From the NCBI GenBank assembly GCA_037130135.1, contig JBAXTO010000001.1, positions 147,813 through 211,812 of the forward strand: a stretch of DNA of 64,000 bases, given 5' to 3'. How positions within the stretch are numbered: the stretch's first letter is position 1; each line of letters opens with the position of its first letter. This stretch comes from Bacteroidota bacterium (lineage in GTDB: Bacteria; Bacteroidota; Bacteroidia; Chitinophagales; CAMDFR01). The translations under genes and the position numbers were made by a program. This document shows, one piece after another, positions 1 through 10,329 of the stretch. A model generated the notes under the pieces. It worked only from the letters and a program-made list of their open reading frames with translations, was not told the DNA's origin and made no database searches.

Positions 1-518
1 TTTTGGCGTTTAGTAATATCATAACGATGATCCATTTTTTCAACTAGTAGCTCTTTACCATAAATAAAATTTTCACGTAAATCACTAGGTTTAACAATCT
101 CGTCCGTTAAGAAGATGGCTTCTTTTGGACAAGCTTCTTCACATAAACCACAGAAGATACAACGCAGCATATTGATTTCATATATAGCTGCATATTTTTC
201 TTCTTTATATAATTTCTCTTCGCCTTTTTTTCTTTCTGCAGCTACCATAGTAATGGCTTCAGCCGGACAAGCTACGGCACATAGGCCACAAGCAGTACAG
301 TTTTCAGCGCCATTTTGATCTCGTTTTAAAATATGTTTCCCTCTATAAACAGGAGCCATAGGACGAGTCATTTTAGGATAATCTAGAGTAACTTTCTTTT
401 TAAATAAATGCTTTAAGGTAATCATCATTCCTTTGATGATTGGAATGAGATAAGTACGTTCAGCAAAACTCATTTGCTTATTAGATACTACCTTACTTCT
501 ATTTGTTAATGACTGCAT
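1..518 (-). CDS. nuoI: NADH-quinone oxidoreductase subunit I (3' end runs off window)
   Basis: Not in ORF track; read manually from ATG at 518: MQSLTNRSK...CTACGLCAVACP...CIFCGLCEEACP (two 4Fe-4S motifs), open to base 1; follows nuoH. Confidence 0.95.
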   Translation of the reverse strand, partial: MQSLTNRSKVVSNKQMSFAERTYLIPIIKGMMITLKHLFKKKVTLDYPKMTRPMAPVYRGKHILKRDQNGAENCTACGLCAVACPAEAITMVAAERKKGEEKLYKEEKYAAIYEINMLRCIFCGLCEEACPKEAIFLTDEIVKPSDLRENFIYGKELLVEKMDHRYDITKRQ

Positions 519-540
519 TTTTGGTGTGCAAGTTTACGAT

Positions 541-1590
541 TTATAAATAATCTTTCAAAATAAGTACAGCGCCTGTTACTAACAAATTAATGATAGCTAT
601 TGGAATAAGTGATTTCCATCCTAAATGCATTAATTGATCGTATCTGAAACGAGGTAAAGTCCAACGAATCCACATATAGAAAAATATGAAGAATAATATC
701 TTAGCGAAGAAAACAGCGAAACCTATTGCTGCTAAAGCATTAGGGTCTGTTACAAATCGCCCAATCAATGGCAAGTTATAACCACCAAAATAAACAGTAG
801 CGATGATAGCTGATGAAATAAACATATTGATATATTCTGAGAATAAGAATAAACCTAACTTCATAGATGAATATTCGGTATGATAACCACCTACTAATTC
901 TGTTTCACATTCAGGCAAATCAAATGGAGCTCTATTGGTTTCGGCAAATGCGCAAATCAAGAAAATTAAAAAACCAACAGGTTGTTTGAATACATTCCAA
1001 TTTGGCAAAAATCCAAGAAATGATCCTTTTTGAGCAGTCACGATATCATTCAAACTTAATGAGCCACTCATTATGATAACAGCCAATAGGGCAAGTCCCA
1101 TAGCTAATTCATACGAAATCATTTGTGAGGAAGCACGAATAGCACCCATCAATGAATATTTATTATTCGATGCCCAACCGCCAATCATAATACCATACAC
1201 CCCAATAGACACAAACCCTAATGAATAAAGAATTCCAATATCAATATCGGCTACTTGTACTTGATATAGTGCCCCAGAAATCAAAATAGGAGAGGTCCAA
1301 GGAATGATAGCACTCGTCATTAGTGCCGTAAACATAGCTATACCAGGAGCTAAAATAAATAAAAATTTCTCGGATGCTGCAGGAATAAAATCTTCTTTGA
1401 AAAACATTTTACCTCCATCGGCAAGTGGTTGTAATAAACCCCATGGGCCGGCATTATTAGGACCTAAACGGTCTTGAAATAAACCAGCTATTTTACGCTC
1501 TCCATAGGTTGCATAAGCTGCTACGCCCAATGAAATAGCAAAAGTTACTATGGCTAATACAAATTTAAAAAGTAATATAGAGTCTGTCAT
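541..1590 (-). CDS. nuoH: NADH-quinone oxidoreductase subunit H
   Basis: ERKIAG..QDRLGP, GLLQPLADGGK, AETNRAPFDLPE, RWTLPRFRYDQL motifs; hydrophobic. Confidence 0.97.
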   Translation of the reverse strand: MTDSILLFKFVLAIVTFAISLGVAAYATYGERKIAGLFQDRLGPNNAGPWGLLQPLADGGKMFFKEDFIPAASEKFLFILAPGIAMFTALMTSAIIPWTSPILISGALYQVQVADIDIGILYSLGFVSIGVYGIMIGGWASNNKYSLMGAIRASSQMISYELAMGLALLAVIIMSGSLSLNDIVTAQKGSFLGFLPNWNVFKQPVGFLIFLICAFAETNRAPFDLPECETELVGGYHTEYSSMKLGLFLFSEYINMFISSAIIATVYFGGYNLPLIGRFVTDPNALAAIGFAVFFAKILFFIFFYMWIRWTLPRFRYDQLMHLGWKSLIPIAIINLLVTGAVLILKDYL

Positions 1591-1600
1591 GAATAATAGT

Positions 1601-2572
1601 TTATTGTTTAGCGTTATTTTCTAAGGCTTTAAAAGCATGTTTAGGTTTCAACTCATAATGATTTTGAGAAATGACTGAATGTCTATCGATATGACGAGGA
1701 CCTTCAATGGTCCAATCGCTCGTTTCTTTTTTCTCGAAACGACATGTATTGCAGATAAATTCTTTTACTTCTCCAAATTGGTCTTTACGTGCAGTGATAC
1801 GTAAGATATTGTTTTCACTCATCCAAGCAACAGCTTTACCACAGCATTTTGGATTATCGCATGTACGTGAAATGTTCATCGGATTAGTAAACCAAACTCT
1901 GCTTTTAAATCGGAATGTTCTATCGGTTAATGCTCCTACTGGACAAACATCTATTACATTTCCAGAGAAATCGTTATCAATAGATTTTTCTAAATACGTT
2001 GAAATTTCTGCATGATCTCCACGTCCGATTATACCATGACATCTACCCTCTGAAATTTGATCGGCTGTGTATACACATCTGTAGCATAGTATACAACGAT
2101 TCATATGTAATTTTACATGCTCGCCTATATCAGTAGATTCAAAGGTTCTACGTTTAAATTCATAACGAGTTTTAGCTAAACCATGTTCGTATCCTAAATC
2201 TTGTAAAGAGCATTCACCAGCCTGATCGCATACTGGGCAATCTAGAGGATGGTTAATTAAAAGCATTTCTACAATTGATTTACGAGCATCTACTACATCT
2301 TGATTAGACGTATTTTCTACAATCATACCATCCATTACCATAGTTGAGCAGGAAGCTACAAGTTTAGGCATAGGTCTTGGGTCTTTAGCCGAACCAGCTG
2401 CTACTTTCACTAAACAAGTTCTACATTTACCCCCACTACCTTTTAAGGAAGAGTAATAACACATAGCAGGAGGAACGATATTCCCTCCAATTTGACGTGC
2501 TGCATTTAAGATAGAAGTACCTTCTTCTACTTCTATTTCTATTCCATCAATTGTTACTTTTATTAAAGCCAT
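1601..2572 (-). CDS. nuoG: NADH-quinone oxidoreductase subunit G (short form, Fe-S domains only)
   Basis: CY...CRTC, HPLDCPVCDQAGEC, RCILCYRC, DVCPVGAL; lies between nuoF and nuoH. Confidence 0.93.
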   Translation of the reverse strand: MALIKVTIDGIEIEVEEGTSILNAARQIGGNIVPPAMCYYSSLKGSGGKCRTCLVKVAAGSAKDPRPMPKLVASCSTMVMDGMIVENTSNQDVVDARKSIVEMLLINHPLDCPVCDQAGECSLQDLGYEHGLAKTRYEFKRRTFESTDIGEHVKLHMNRCILCYRCVYTADQISEGRCHGIIGRGDHAEISTYLEKSIDNDFSGNVIDVCPVGALTDRTFRFKSRVWFTNPMNISRTCDNPKCCGKAVAWMSENNILRITARKDQFGEVKEFICNTCRFEKKETSDWTIEGPRHIDRHSVISQNHYELKPKHAFKALENNAKQ

Positions 2573-2595
2573 CTTTTTATTTCGATTATATTCGC

Positions 2596-3945
2596 TTAAT
2601 TAAAACTCAATTCTAAGGTACTTTTTTTCAATCCATAATTACGTACCATACATTCAGCTGGATTTTTAATATGCCATTCAAATTCCTCACGGAAATGACG
2701 AATCGCAGCAGCTACTGGCCAAGCAGCAGCATCTCCTAAAGGACAAATCGTATTTCCTTCAATTCGACGTTGGATATCCCATAACAAATCGATATCTTCC
2801 ATACTTCCTTGTCCATGTTCAATCTTATGAAGTACTTTCAACATCCAACCAGTTCCTTCTCTACAAGGAGAACATTGGCCACAACTTTCATGATTATAAA
2901 AACGAGTGAAGTTCCAAGTATTTCTCACAATACATTGATCTTCATCGTATACGATAAAACCACCTGAACCTAACATTGAACCTGTAGCGAAACCTCCATC
3001 AGCTAAACTTTCATAACTCATCAAACGATCTTCGCCATTGGCTGTTTTATAAAACAACTCTGCTGGTAAAATAGGAACAGATGAACCACCAGGTACAACT
3101 GCTTTGAATTTTTTACCATTGGCTATACCCCCACAATATTCATCACTATTCAAGAATTCATCTACAGGTAGACCTAAATCAATTTCATATACACCAGGTC
3201 TATTAATATTACCACCAGCTGAAATCAATTTCGTTCCAGTACTTTTACCAATCCCAATTTTGGCATATTCATCACCCGTATTATTTACTATCCATGGCAC
3301 TGCTGCAATAGTTTCAACGTTATTTACTACCGTAGGGCTTTGCCATAAACCTTTCACCGCTGGGAATGGTGGCTTCATTCGAGGATTACCTCTTTTACCT
3401 TCTAATGATTCTAATAAAGCCGTTTCTTCACCGCAAATATAAGCTCCACCACCAGGTTGAACATACAGTTCTAAATCATACCCTGAACCTAAAATATTTT
3501 TGCCTAAAAATCCATTGGCTTTAGCTTCAGCTATAGCTTTTTCTAAAATACCAACAATCCACATATACTCCCCTCTGATATAGATATAGGAAGTATTTGC
3601 GCCTAGTGCAAAGCTCGATACGATCATCCCTTCAACTAATAGATGTGGAAGTTTTTCCATCAAGTATCTATCTTTAAAAGTACCCGGTTCACTTTCATCT
3701 GCATTACAAACTAAGTAACGAGGAATCCCTTCAGGTTTAGCTAAAAAGCTCCATTTCATACCCGTTGGAAAACCTGCACCACCTCTACCACGTAAACCAG
3801 ATTTTTTTACTTCTTCTACAATAGCTTCAGGACTCATGGTTTTCAAGGCTTTTTCTACAGAAGTATAACCACCTTTAGAGCGGTATGCTTCAAAACCTAG
3901 AATATTTGGTACATTGATATGTTCTAATAATAATTTTTTGCTCAT
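2596..3945 (-). CDS. nuoF: NADH-quinone oxidoreductase subunit F
   Basis: GRGGAGFPTG, NADESEPGTFKDR, YICGEETAL, ESCGQCSPCREG. Confidence 0.97.
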   Translation of the reverse strand: MSKKLLLEHINVPNILGFEAYRSKGGYTSVEKALKTMSPEAIVEEVKKSGLRGRGGAGFPTGMKWSFLAKPEGIPRYLVCNADESEPGTFKDRYLMEKLPHLLVEGMIVSSFALGANTSYIYIRGEYMWIVGILEKAIAEAKANGFLGKNILGSGYDLELYVQPGGGAYICGEETALLESLEGKRGNPRMKPPFPAVKGLWQSPTVVNNVETIAAVPWIVNNTGDEYAKIGIGKSTGTKLISAGGNINRPGVYEIDLGLPVDEFLNSDEYCGGIANGKKFKAVVPGGSSVPILPAELFYKTANGEDRLMSYESLADGGFATGSMLGSGGFIVYDEDQCIVRNTWNFTRFYNHESCGQCSPCREGTGWMLKVLHKIEHGQGSMEDIDLLWDIQRRIEGNTICPLGDAAAWPVAAAIRHFREEFEWHIKNPAECMVRNYGLKKSTLELSFN

Positions 3946-4472
3946 TATTTATTTTTCAATTCATTTATTAAAGAATCTACTTTCTCTTCGGTTAAAAATT
4001 CAACAAAACTATCCCCTAATTGTAGCATTGGTGCATATCCACAAGCACCAAGACATTCAACAGCTTTAATCGTAAATAATCCATCCGCACTATTAGCCCC
4101 CACTTTACAATTGGTTTTTTGCTCAATATATTCAATCATTTTTTCTGCTCCTCTGGTGCAGCATGGTCCAGTTCTACAAACTTCTAATACAAATTTACCA
4201 ACTGGTTTTAAGTTGAACATTGTATAAAAAGTAGCTACTTCATATACTTCAATAGGAGTGATATGCAATAAACCCGCTACATAATCCATCACTGGAATAC
4301 TTAGCCAACCTTCATTTTGTTTTTGTGCAATATGCAATACAGGAATCAAAGCAGATTTTTGTTTTCCAGCAGGATAACGTTTTGTAATCTCTTCTATTTT
4401 ATCCAATAAGTCTTGCGGAAATGGTATTTTCGCAGTGACTTCTTTGGTACGTGTATCGTAAGTATTTCCCAT
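3945..4472 (-). CDS. nuoE: NADH-quinone oxidoreductase subunit E
   Basis: VATFYTMF, CRTGPC, ECLGACGYAP (2Fe-2S). Confidence 0.96.
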   Translation of the reverse strand: MGNTYDTRTKEVTAKIPFPQDLLDKIEEITKRYPAGKQKSALIPVLHIAQKQNEGWLSIPVMDYVAGLLHITPIEVYEVATFYTMFNLKPVGKFVLEVCRTGPCCTRGAEKMIEYIEQKTNCKVGANSADGLFTIKAVECLGACGYAPMLQLGDSFVEFLTEEKVDSLINELKNK

Positions 4473-4482
4473 TCTCTTTTAG

Positions 4483-4606
4483 TTTTTAATTTTGAATTTT
4501 GAGTTTTGAATGCCTCATTCAGTACTAATAAATCAAAATTTATTTTTCTATCTATTTAAAATAATCCTTTTTCTATCTATTTAAAAAAACTCAACATTTA
4601 ACATTT
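4483..4606. repeat. nuoD-nuoE spacer with heptamer runs and a 19-bp direct repeat
   Basis: TTTTGAA/TTTTGAG run near 4490-4510; TTTTTCTATCTATTTAAAA at 4543-4561 and 4568-4586; ACATTTA run near 4594-4607. Confidence 0.6.
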
Positions 4607-4622
4607 ACCGTTCATCCTTAAA

Positions 4623-5861
4623 TTAAGCATCTAATTCACCTGCAATTACATTCATACTACTCATGGTTAATATAGCATCAGATAATAAAGAACCTTTTAT
4701 CATTTCAGGATATGCTTGATAATAAATAAAGCATGGTCTTCTGAAGTGTAATCTATAAGGTGTTCTTCCACCATCACTGATTAAGTAGTACCCTAATTCG
4801 CCATTACCTCCTTCAACGCTATTATATACTTCACCAGCTGGCATTTTTGTTTCGCCCATAACTATTTTAAAATGGTAAATCAATGCTTCCATATTATTAT
4901 AAACGTCATCTTTGGCAGGTAAATAAAAGTCTGGTAAGTCGGCATGATAATCCCCAGTAGGTAAATTTTCATACGCATTTTTAATCAATTTCAAACTCTC
5001 CCACATTTCTTGTTGACGAACCATAAATCGATCGTAAGTATCGCCTTGTGTTCCAATAGGAATTGTGAAATCAAAATCACTATAAGAACAATAAGGATTC
5101 ATTACACGAACATCATAGTCAACACCAGCAGCACGTAAATTAGGGCCAGTAAAGCCATAAGCCAAAGCTCTTTCACCACTTATTGGACCCGCTCCAATGA
5201 CGCGGTCCATAAAGATTCTATTACGTTCTAATAGATTAGTAAATTCAGTTAATGCAGCAGGAAAATCTTTTATAAAGGCTTGTAATTTGCTATGAAAAGC
5301 GGGACTAAAATCTCTTTCGAAACCTCCAATACGTCCTACATTAGTGGTTAAACGAGCACCACATAATTCTTCATACATATCATATATTTTTTCTCTTTGT
5401 TGAAAAATATATAAAAAACCAGTCATGGCACCTGTATCCACACCAATAACTGAATTACAAATAATATGATCTGCTATTCGAGCCAATTCCATGACGATGA
5501 TACGCATATAATCTACTCGTTTAGGAATCTCTACTTGTAATAATTTTTCTACAGTAAGATGCCATCCGATATTATTGATAGGAGAGGAGCAATAGTTTAA
5601 TCGATCTGTAATTGGTGTAATTTGTGTATAAGGTCTATGTTCTGCTAATTTTTCAAAGGCTCTATGAATATATCCAACGGTTTGTTCCGCTGAGTGGATA
5701 CGTTCACCATCCATTTTCAATACATTTTGAAAAATACCATGCGTAGCTGGATGTGTTGGGCCTAAATTCAGCGTAGTGAATTCGCCAGAAATACTTTCTT
5801 TTGATGTTTCACCTGTATTGGCTACTTTATTATTATCGAATATGTTTGCTATATTGCTCAA
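4623..5861 (-). CDS. nuoD: NADH-quinone oxidoreductase subunit D
   Basis: NLGPTHPATHG, GYIHRAFEK, DRLNY, C-terminal IAGELDA; TTG start uncertain. Confidence 0.96.
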   Translation of the reverse strand: MSNIANIFDNNKVANTGETSKESISGEFTTLNLGPTHPATHGIFQNVLKMDGERIHSAEQTVGYIHRAFEKLAEHRPYTQITPITDRLNYCSSPINNIGWHLTVEKLLQVEIPKRVDYMRIIVMELARIADHIICNSVIGVDTGAMTGFLYIFQQREKIYDMYEELCGARLTTNVGRIGGFERDFSPAFHSKLQAFIKDFPAALTEFTNLLERNRIFMDRVIGAGPISGERALAYGFTGPNLRAAGVDYDVRVMNPYCSYSDFDFTIPIGTQGDTYDRFMVRQQEMWESLKLIKNAYENLPTGDYHADLPDFYLPAKDDVYNNMEALIYHFKIVMGETKMPAGEVYNSVEGGNGELGYYLISDGGRTPYRLHFRRPCFIYYQAYPEMIKGSLLSDAILTMSSMNVIAGELDA

Positions 5862-5904
5862 TGTATACTAATTTGAAAATTTGAAATTGTATTAATTCGA
5901 AAAT

Positions 5905-6411
5905 TTATCTTCCAAAAAATTTATCTTGTTTATCTTCTCTACTCGCATCTTCTAATGGATATTCCTTACGCAATGGATGATAAGTCATACTTTCCATATT
6001 TAAAATACGAATTAAATTAGGATGCCCTTTAAATTTAATACCAAAGAAGTCGAATGTTTCTCGCTCCATCCAATTAGCAGCAGGGAAAACCTCCACGGCA
6101 CTATCAATCACTTGTTCCGTTTCAGGCATAAAACATTTGATACGTAAGCGAATATTATTCACTAGACTATGCAAATGATAAATCACCACCAGTTCTTTGT
6201 TTTTATGATCTGGGAAATGAGCACCACATAAATCAGTCATAAAGCTCATTTGAAGTTCTTTATGATCTCTTAAGAAAGTTAATAATTCTATGTTTTTATG
6301 TCGATTGATTTCTATACTTAATATACCATAAGTGGTTTCAGAATGGTATAAATCAGTGCCTAATTTTTCTTGAAGTATATCTAAAAGGTAATCGTTATCT
6401 ATTGAAGTCAT
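5905..6411 (-). CDS. nuoC: NADH-quinone oxidoreductase subunit C
   Basis: ANWMERETFDFFGI.F.GHP, HPLRKEYPL. Confidence 0.96.
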   Translation of the reverse strand: MTSIDNDYLLDILQEKLGTDLYHSETTYGILSIEINRHKNIELLTFLRDHKELQMSFMTDLCGAHFPDHKNKELVVIYHLHSLVNNIRLRIKCFMPETEQVIDSAVEVFPAANWMERETFDFFGIKFKGHPNLIRILNMESMTYHPLRKEYPLEDASREDKQDKFFGR

Positions 6412-6414
6412 AAC

Positions 6415-6951
6415 TTATTTAATTTCGTATTTATCCATTAAAGCTTGGTATTCTGGCATATTTCTGCGACGTAAACTTTCATTTTTGGCTAATTCTTGAA
6501 TTTGCATGATACCATCTAGAATTTGTTCAGGACGTGGTGGACAGCCAGGTACATATACATCAACAGGAATAATATGATCGATACCTTGTAAAACAGAATA
6601 GGTATCAAATATTCCTCCACTACTAGCACATGCCCCAACAGAAATCACCCATCTTGGTTCAGCCATTTGTTCGTATACATGTTTTAATACAGGAGCCATT
6701 TTTTTGGCTATAGTACCCATCACCATTAATAGATCAGATTGACGAGGAGAGAAGCTTAAACGCTCCATACCAAAACGTGCTAAATCATAATTAGAAGCCA
6801 TGGTTGCCATAAATTCGATTCCACAGCATGAAGTGGCAAATGGTAATGGCCATAAAGAATTGGCACGTGCTAAACCTATAGTTTTATCTAAAGTAGTTGC
6901 AAAAAATCCAGGACCTTCATAACCTGGGGGCATTGGAGCTTGTTTTACCAT
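6415..6951 (-). CDS. nuoB: NADH-quinone oxidoreductase subunit B
   Basis: [30 protein letters not shown]. Confidence 0.97.
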   Translation of the reverse strand: MVKQAPMPPGYEGPGFFATTLDKTIGLARANSLWPLPFATSCCGIEFMATMASNYDLARFGMERLSFSPRQSDLLMVMGTIAKKMAPVLKHVYEQMAEPRWVISVGACASSGGIFDTYSVLQGIDHIIPVDVYVPGCPPRPEQILDGIMQIQELAKNESLRRRNMPEYQALMDKYEIK

Positions 6952-7029
6952 ATTGTTTTTATTTGTATCAAGAAAGTAAATTCACTTTTTTTAAATTTAA
7001 AAATTCAGCATCTAGCATTCTATTGAATT

Positions 7030-7395
7030 TTATTTATCCCATTCTAAAGCACCTTTTTTCCATACATAAGCAAAACCTACTAAGAAAAAAAGCACAAACA
7101 TTACCACAGCAATAAATCCTTCAATACCTAAACTTTTAATATTAACAGCATAAGGGTAAAAAAAGATTACTTCTACATCAAATAGAACAAATAAAATAGC
7201 AGTAAGGAAATATTTTACACTAAAAGGTACTCTAGCATTACCAACCACATCTATACCACATTCAAAAGTTTCATCTTTTCTTTTTCCTTTACGAAAAGGG
7301 CCTAGCAGATGCGTTGCAACTAGAGTTACAACTACAAAGCCTAAAGCAACTGCTAATTGAAATACTAGAGGAAAATAATTATGAGGAGTATTCAT
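7030..7395 (-). CDS. nuoA: NADH-quinone oxidoreductase subunit A
   Basis: FECG, FVLFDVEVIF, WKKGALEW. Confidence 0.96.
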   Translation of the reverse strand: MNTPHNYFPLVFQLAVALGFVVVTLVATHLLGPFRKGKRKDETFECGIDVVGNARVPFSVKYFLTAILFVLFDVEVIFFYPYAVNIKSLGIEGFIAVVMFVLFFLVGFAYVWKKGALEWDK

Positions 7396-7430
7396 ATTTT
7401 ATTGGTCTATATAATTAGTTAAAAGCAATG

Positions 7431-7438
7431 CAAATCTA
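7431..7438 (-). promoter_or_regulatory. Bacteroidota -7 promoter box for the nuo operon
   Basis: TAGATTTG (TAnnTTTG) on minus strand, 35 bp upstream of the nuoA ATG; no -33 box at canonical spacing. Confidence 0.5.
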
Positions 7439-7517
7439 TAACATAAATAGAAACAAATATATTTTTTAGGAAATTAATTTCTATACATGTTTACATCAAA
7501 AATGTGGATTATTCAAA

Positions 7518-8501
7518 CTACAGAGAAAGGACTTTAGCTAGTTGTAACATCTCTTTACTGATGCTGTTTTGTTGGAGTTTAATGGCTTTTTCAAATGGGG
7601 TATAGGTTATTTTACCATTAATTTCGCCTATAGCGATATTTGTTTTGCCTTGTAATAAGGCATCGATAGCACCTGCTCCTAGTTTGGAAGCCAATACTCT
7701 ATCTCTACAACTAGGGTTTCCACCACGTTGAATATGACCTAAAATAGATACTCTAGTTTCTAAATCGGGATATTTCTCTTTAAACATTTCAGCCACTTTA
7801 AACGCTCCTCCACTTTCGTCTCCTTCTGCAATAATGATGATCGAAAACAACTTTGTATCTCGTTGATTTTTTTCAAATCGCTCCACAAAACTTTCATAAT
7901 CATTTGTTTGTTCGGGAATGAATATAGCTTCTGCACCACTGGCAATTCCACTGTTTAGGGCTATAAAGCCCGCATCTCTACCCATCACCTCTATAAAAAA
8001 CATGCGATTATGAGAGGATGCTGTATCTCTTATTTTATCAACCGCTTCAATTACTGTATTAAGGGCGGTATCATAACCAATAGTAAAATCAGTTCCATAT
8101 AAATCGTTATCAATTGTTCCAGGTGTTCCAACTACAACGATACCAAATTCTTCATTCAAAATTTTGGCACCAGTATATGAACCATTCCCCCCACAAACTA
8201 CCAAGCCTTCAATACCTAGTGTTTTTAAATTTTCAAAAGCTTGTTGTCTATATGATTTTTCAAAGAATCGTTTACTTCTTGAAGTTTTTAAAATAGTACC
8301 TCCTCTTTGTATGATATTGCTTACACTGCTATGATCCATCAATTTAATTTGATTATCAATCAAGCCTTCAAAGCCATTTTCGATACCATAAACTTCCAAC
8401 CCATTATAAATACCAGATCGTACTACCGCTCTGATATTTGCATTCATTCCTGGAGCATCTCCACCAGAAGTCATCACCGCAATTTTATTGATTTTTTTCA
8501 T
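7518..8501 (-). CDS. pfkA: ATP-dependent 6-phosphofructokinase
   Basis: TSGGDAPGMN, PGTIDND, EVMGR, LGHIQRGG. Confidence 0.96.
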   Translation of the reverse strand: MKKINKIAVMTSGGDAPGMNANIRAVVRSGIYNGLEVYGIENGFEGLIDNQIKLMDHSSVSNIIQRGGTILKTSRSKRFFEKSYRQQAFENLKTLGIEGLVVCGGNGSYTGAKILNEEFGIVVVGTPGTIDNDLYGTDFTIGYDTALNTVIEAVDKIRDTASSHNRMFFIEVMGRDAGFIALNSGIASGAEAIFIPEQTNDYESFVERFEKNQRDTKLFSIIIIAEGDESGGAFKVAEMFKEKYPDLETRVSILGHIQRGGNPSCRDRVLASKLGAGAIDALLQGKTNIAIGEINGKITYTPFEKAIKLQQNSISKEMLQLAKVLSL

Positions 8502-8592
8502 TTTCCTTATTTTAGAATGTAAAAATACTTTTTCTATACGATATAATAAATTTCATTAAGTACTATCTTTGGAGTTCATTTATGTTTAATTG

Positions 8593-10302
8593 ATGAAAAA
8601 AATAGTTACCCTCATAATTATATTAAGTAGTGTGATTTATACTTATGCGCAGTCTACCAATGCACCATTAGGATTTGATACCTATGATTATATGGATAGA
8701 TTTGACATCAAATATGGTAAAATACTACCTGTATTTCATAGTGCTGATAAGCCATATAGTTTGAAATCTATTGCACTTCATAATGAAACATTGCGTGCCT
8801 CTAATATTGTTTTATCCAAATCAGATAAATTTAATTCTGATTATTTATTGAATAGTGGTAATGAATGGTTTGATTCTACAAAGAGTATTAGTAAAAAACC
8901 ATTTTTAAAATATTTTTATAGAGAACCTGCCAATTTCTATTCGGTTCGTACCAAAAAAGATGAATTTATATTAAAGTTTAATCCTCTTCTTGAATTAGCC
9001 ATTGGAACAGAGTTTGGCGATAAAATGCTCCTTAAAAATACAAGAGGTGTAGAGTGTCGATTTAGTATTAAAAAAAGAGTAAGTGCTTATTTTGCCATAT
9101 ATGAAAATCAATTATTGATGCCTGAGTATATCGATTCAACTACTAGTTCGAAGTATGCTCAAGCACGTGTTCCAGGATTTGGCTACTATAAAGATTATAA
9201 ACCTAGATATTTTAAAAATAATCAAGGAGTAGATTTTTTCGATTATAGAGGCTATATCACTTTTAATATATTACAGCATATTGATGTGTCCTTTGGACAT
9301 GATAAAAATTTTATAGGTGATGGTATTCGCTCTTTATTCTTGAGCGATAATAGTGCACCTTATCTTTTTTTGAAAATCAATACGCATATCTGGAAGATCA
9401 ATTATCAAAATATTTTTTGTGAAGTGATAGGTCAATATAAAAGAGGAGGTGATATGTTACTCGATAAAAAATATACTGCTTTTCATCACTTGAGTGTACA
9501 ACCTACTTATTGGTTAAATATTGGATTCTTTGAAGGTGTAATAATGACTCGTAAAAAAAGTTTTGATATTCAATATCTAAATCCAATTATCTTTTATCGT
9601 TCTATTGAGCAAAGCATTGGATCGCCTGATAACTCTATGGTAGGGTTTAACTTCAAAGCCAATTTTGTGCGTCATGCTCAAGTATATGGCCAATTTATTT
9701 TAGATGAATTTAATTTTTCTAAATTTAAAAATAAATGGTGGGGCAATAAATATGGCTTTCAATTAGGTGCTAAATATATAGATATTGGAGGGATTAAAAA
9801 TTTAGATGCACAAGCAGAGTTTAATATGGTTCGTCCTTATACCTATACTCATAATTCTATCAATCCTGGTGCTTTAGCTAATTATACACACTATAATCAA
9901 CCATTAGCACACCCTTTTGGTTCTAATTTTAGAGAGTTTATATTGGTTATTCGTTACCAACCAATACCACGATTGAATTTGACCTTGAAATATTTACATA
10001 CTACAGTAGGTGAAGATACTTCAGGGATTAATTGGGGTTCTAATATATTTTTACCAACTAGTTTTAGTACCATGCCTTTAGGAGGTGATAATGGTTATGG
10101 AAATAAAACAACACAAGGCGTTAAGAATACCTATAATATTCTTCATTTGATGGCTAGTTACCAAATTAGACATAATGTATTTTTCGATTTCCAATACAGT
10201 ATACGTGCAAGAAATAGTGTAATGAATGAAGCTGACCATACCACTCAATATTTCTACTTTGGGGTGCGAGTGAATATGCCTCGACGAACTTACGATTTCT
10301 AG
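8593..10302 (+). CDS. Outer-membrane beta-barrel protein, Wzi/RemB-like
   Basis: Signal peptide; SLFLSDNSAPY, YLNPIIFYRSIE..GSPDN, VRPYTY; C-terminal F; ATG 8593 preferred to TTG 8590; TATCTTTG box at 8564. Confidence 0.6.
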   Translation: MKKIVTLIIILSSVIYTYAQSTNAPLGFDTYDYMDRFDIKYGKILPVFHSADKPYSLKSIALHNETLRASNIVLSKSDKFNSDYLLNSGNEWFDSTKSISKKPFLKYFYREPANFYSVRTKKDEFILKFNPLLELAIGTEFGDKMLLKNTRGVECRFSIKKRVSAYFAIYENQLLMPEYIDSTTSSKYAQARVPGFGYYKDYKPRYFKNNQGVDFFDYRGYITFNILQHIDVSFGHDKNFIGDGIRSLFLSDNSAPYLFLKINTHIWKINYQNIFCEVIGQYKRGGDMLLDKKYTAFHHLSVQPTYWLNIGFFEGVIMTRKKSFDIQYLNPIIFYRSIEQSIGSPDNSMVGFNFKANFVRHAQVYGQFILDEFNFSKFKNKWWGNKYGFQLGAKYIDIGGIKNLDAQAEFNMVRPYTYTHNSINPGALANYTHYNQPLAHPFGSNFREFILVIRYQPIPRLNLTLKYLHTTVGEDTSGINWGSNIFLPTSFSTMPLGGDNGYGNKTTQGVKNTYNILHLMASYQIRHNVFFDFQYSIRARNSVMNEADHTTQYFYFGVRVNMPRRTYDF

Positions 10303-10329
10303 AAAACTATAGTAATTAAGAAATAGATT

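Noticed and set aside
115-318. 67-aa plus-strand ORF
   Set aside because: Antisense shadow of nuoI, which the ORF track misses because it runs off the window.
1601-2572. NuoG of only 323 aa as a truncation or pseudogene
   Set aside because: Clean stop 10 bp before nuoH with all Fe-S motifs present; a short NuoG is usual in Bacteroidota.
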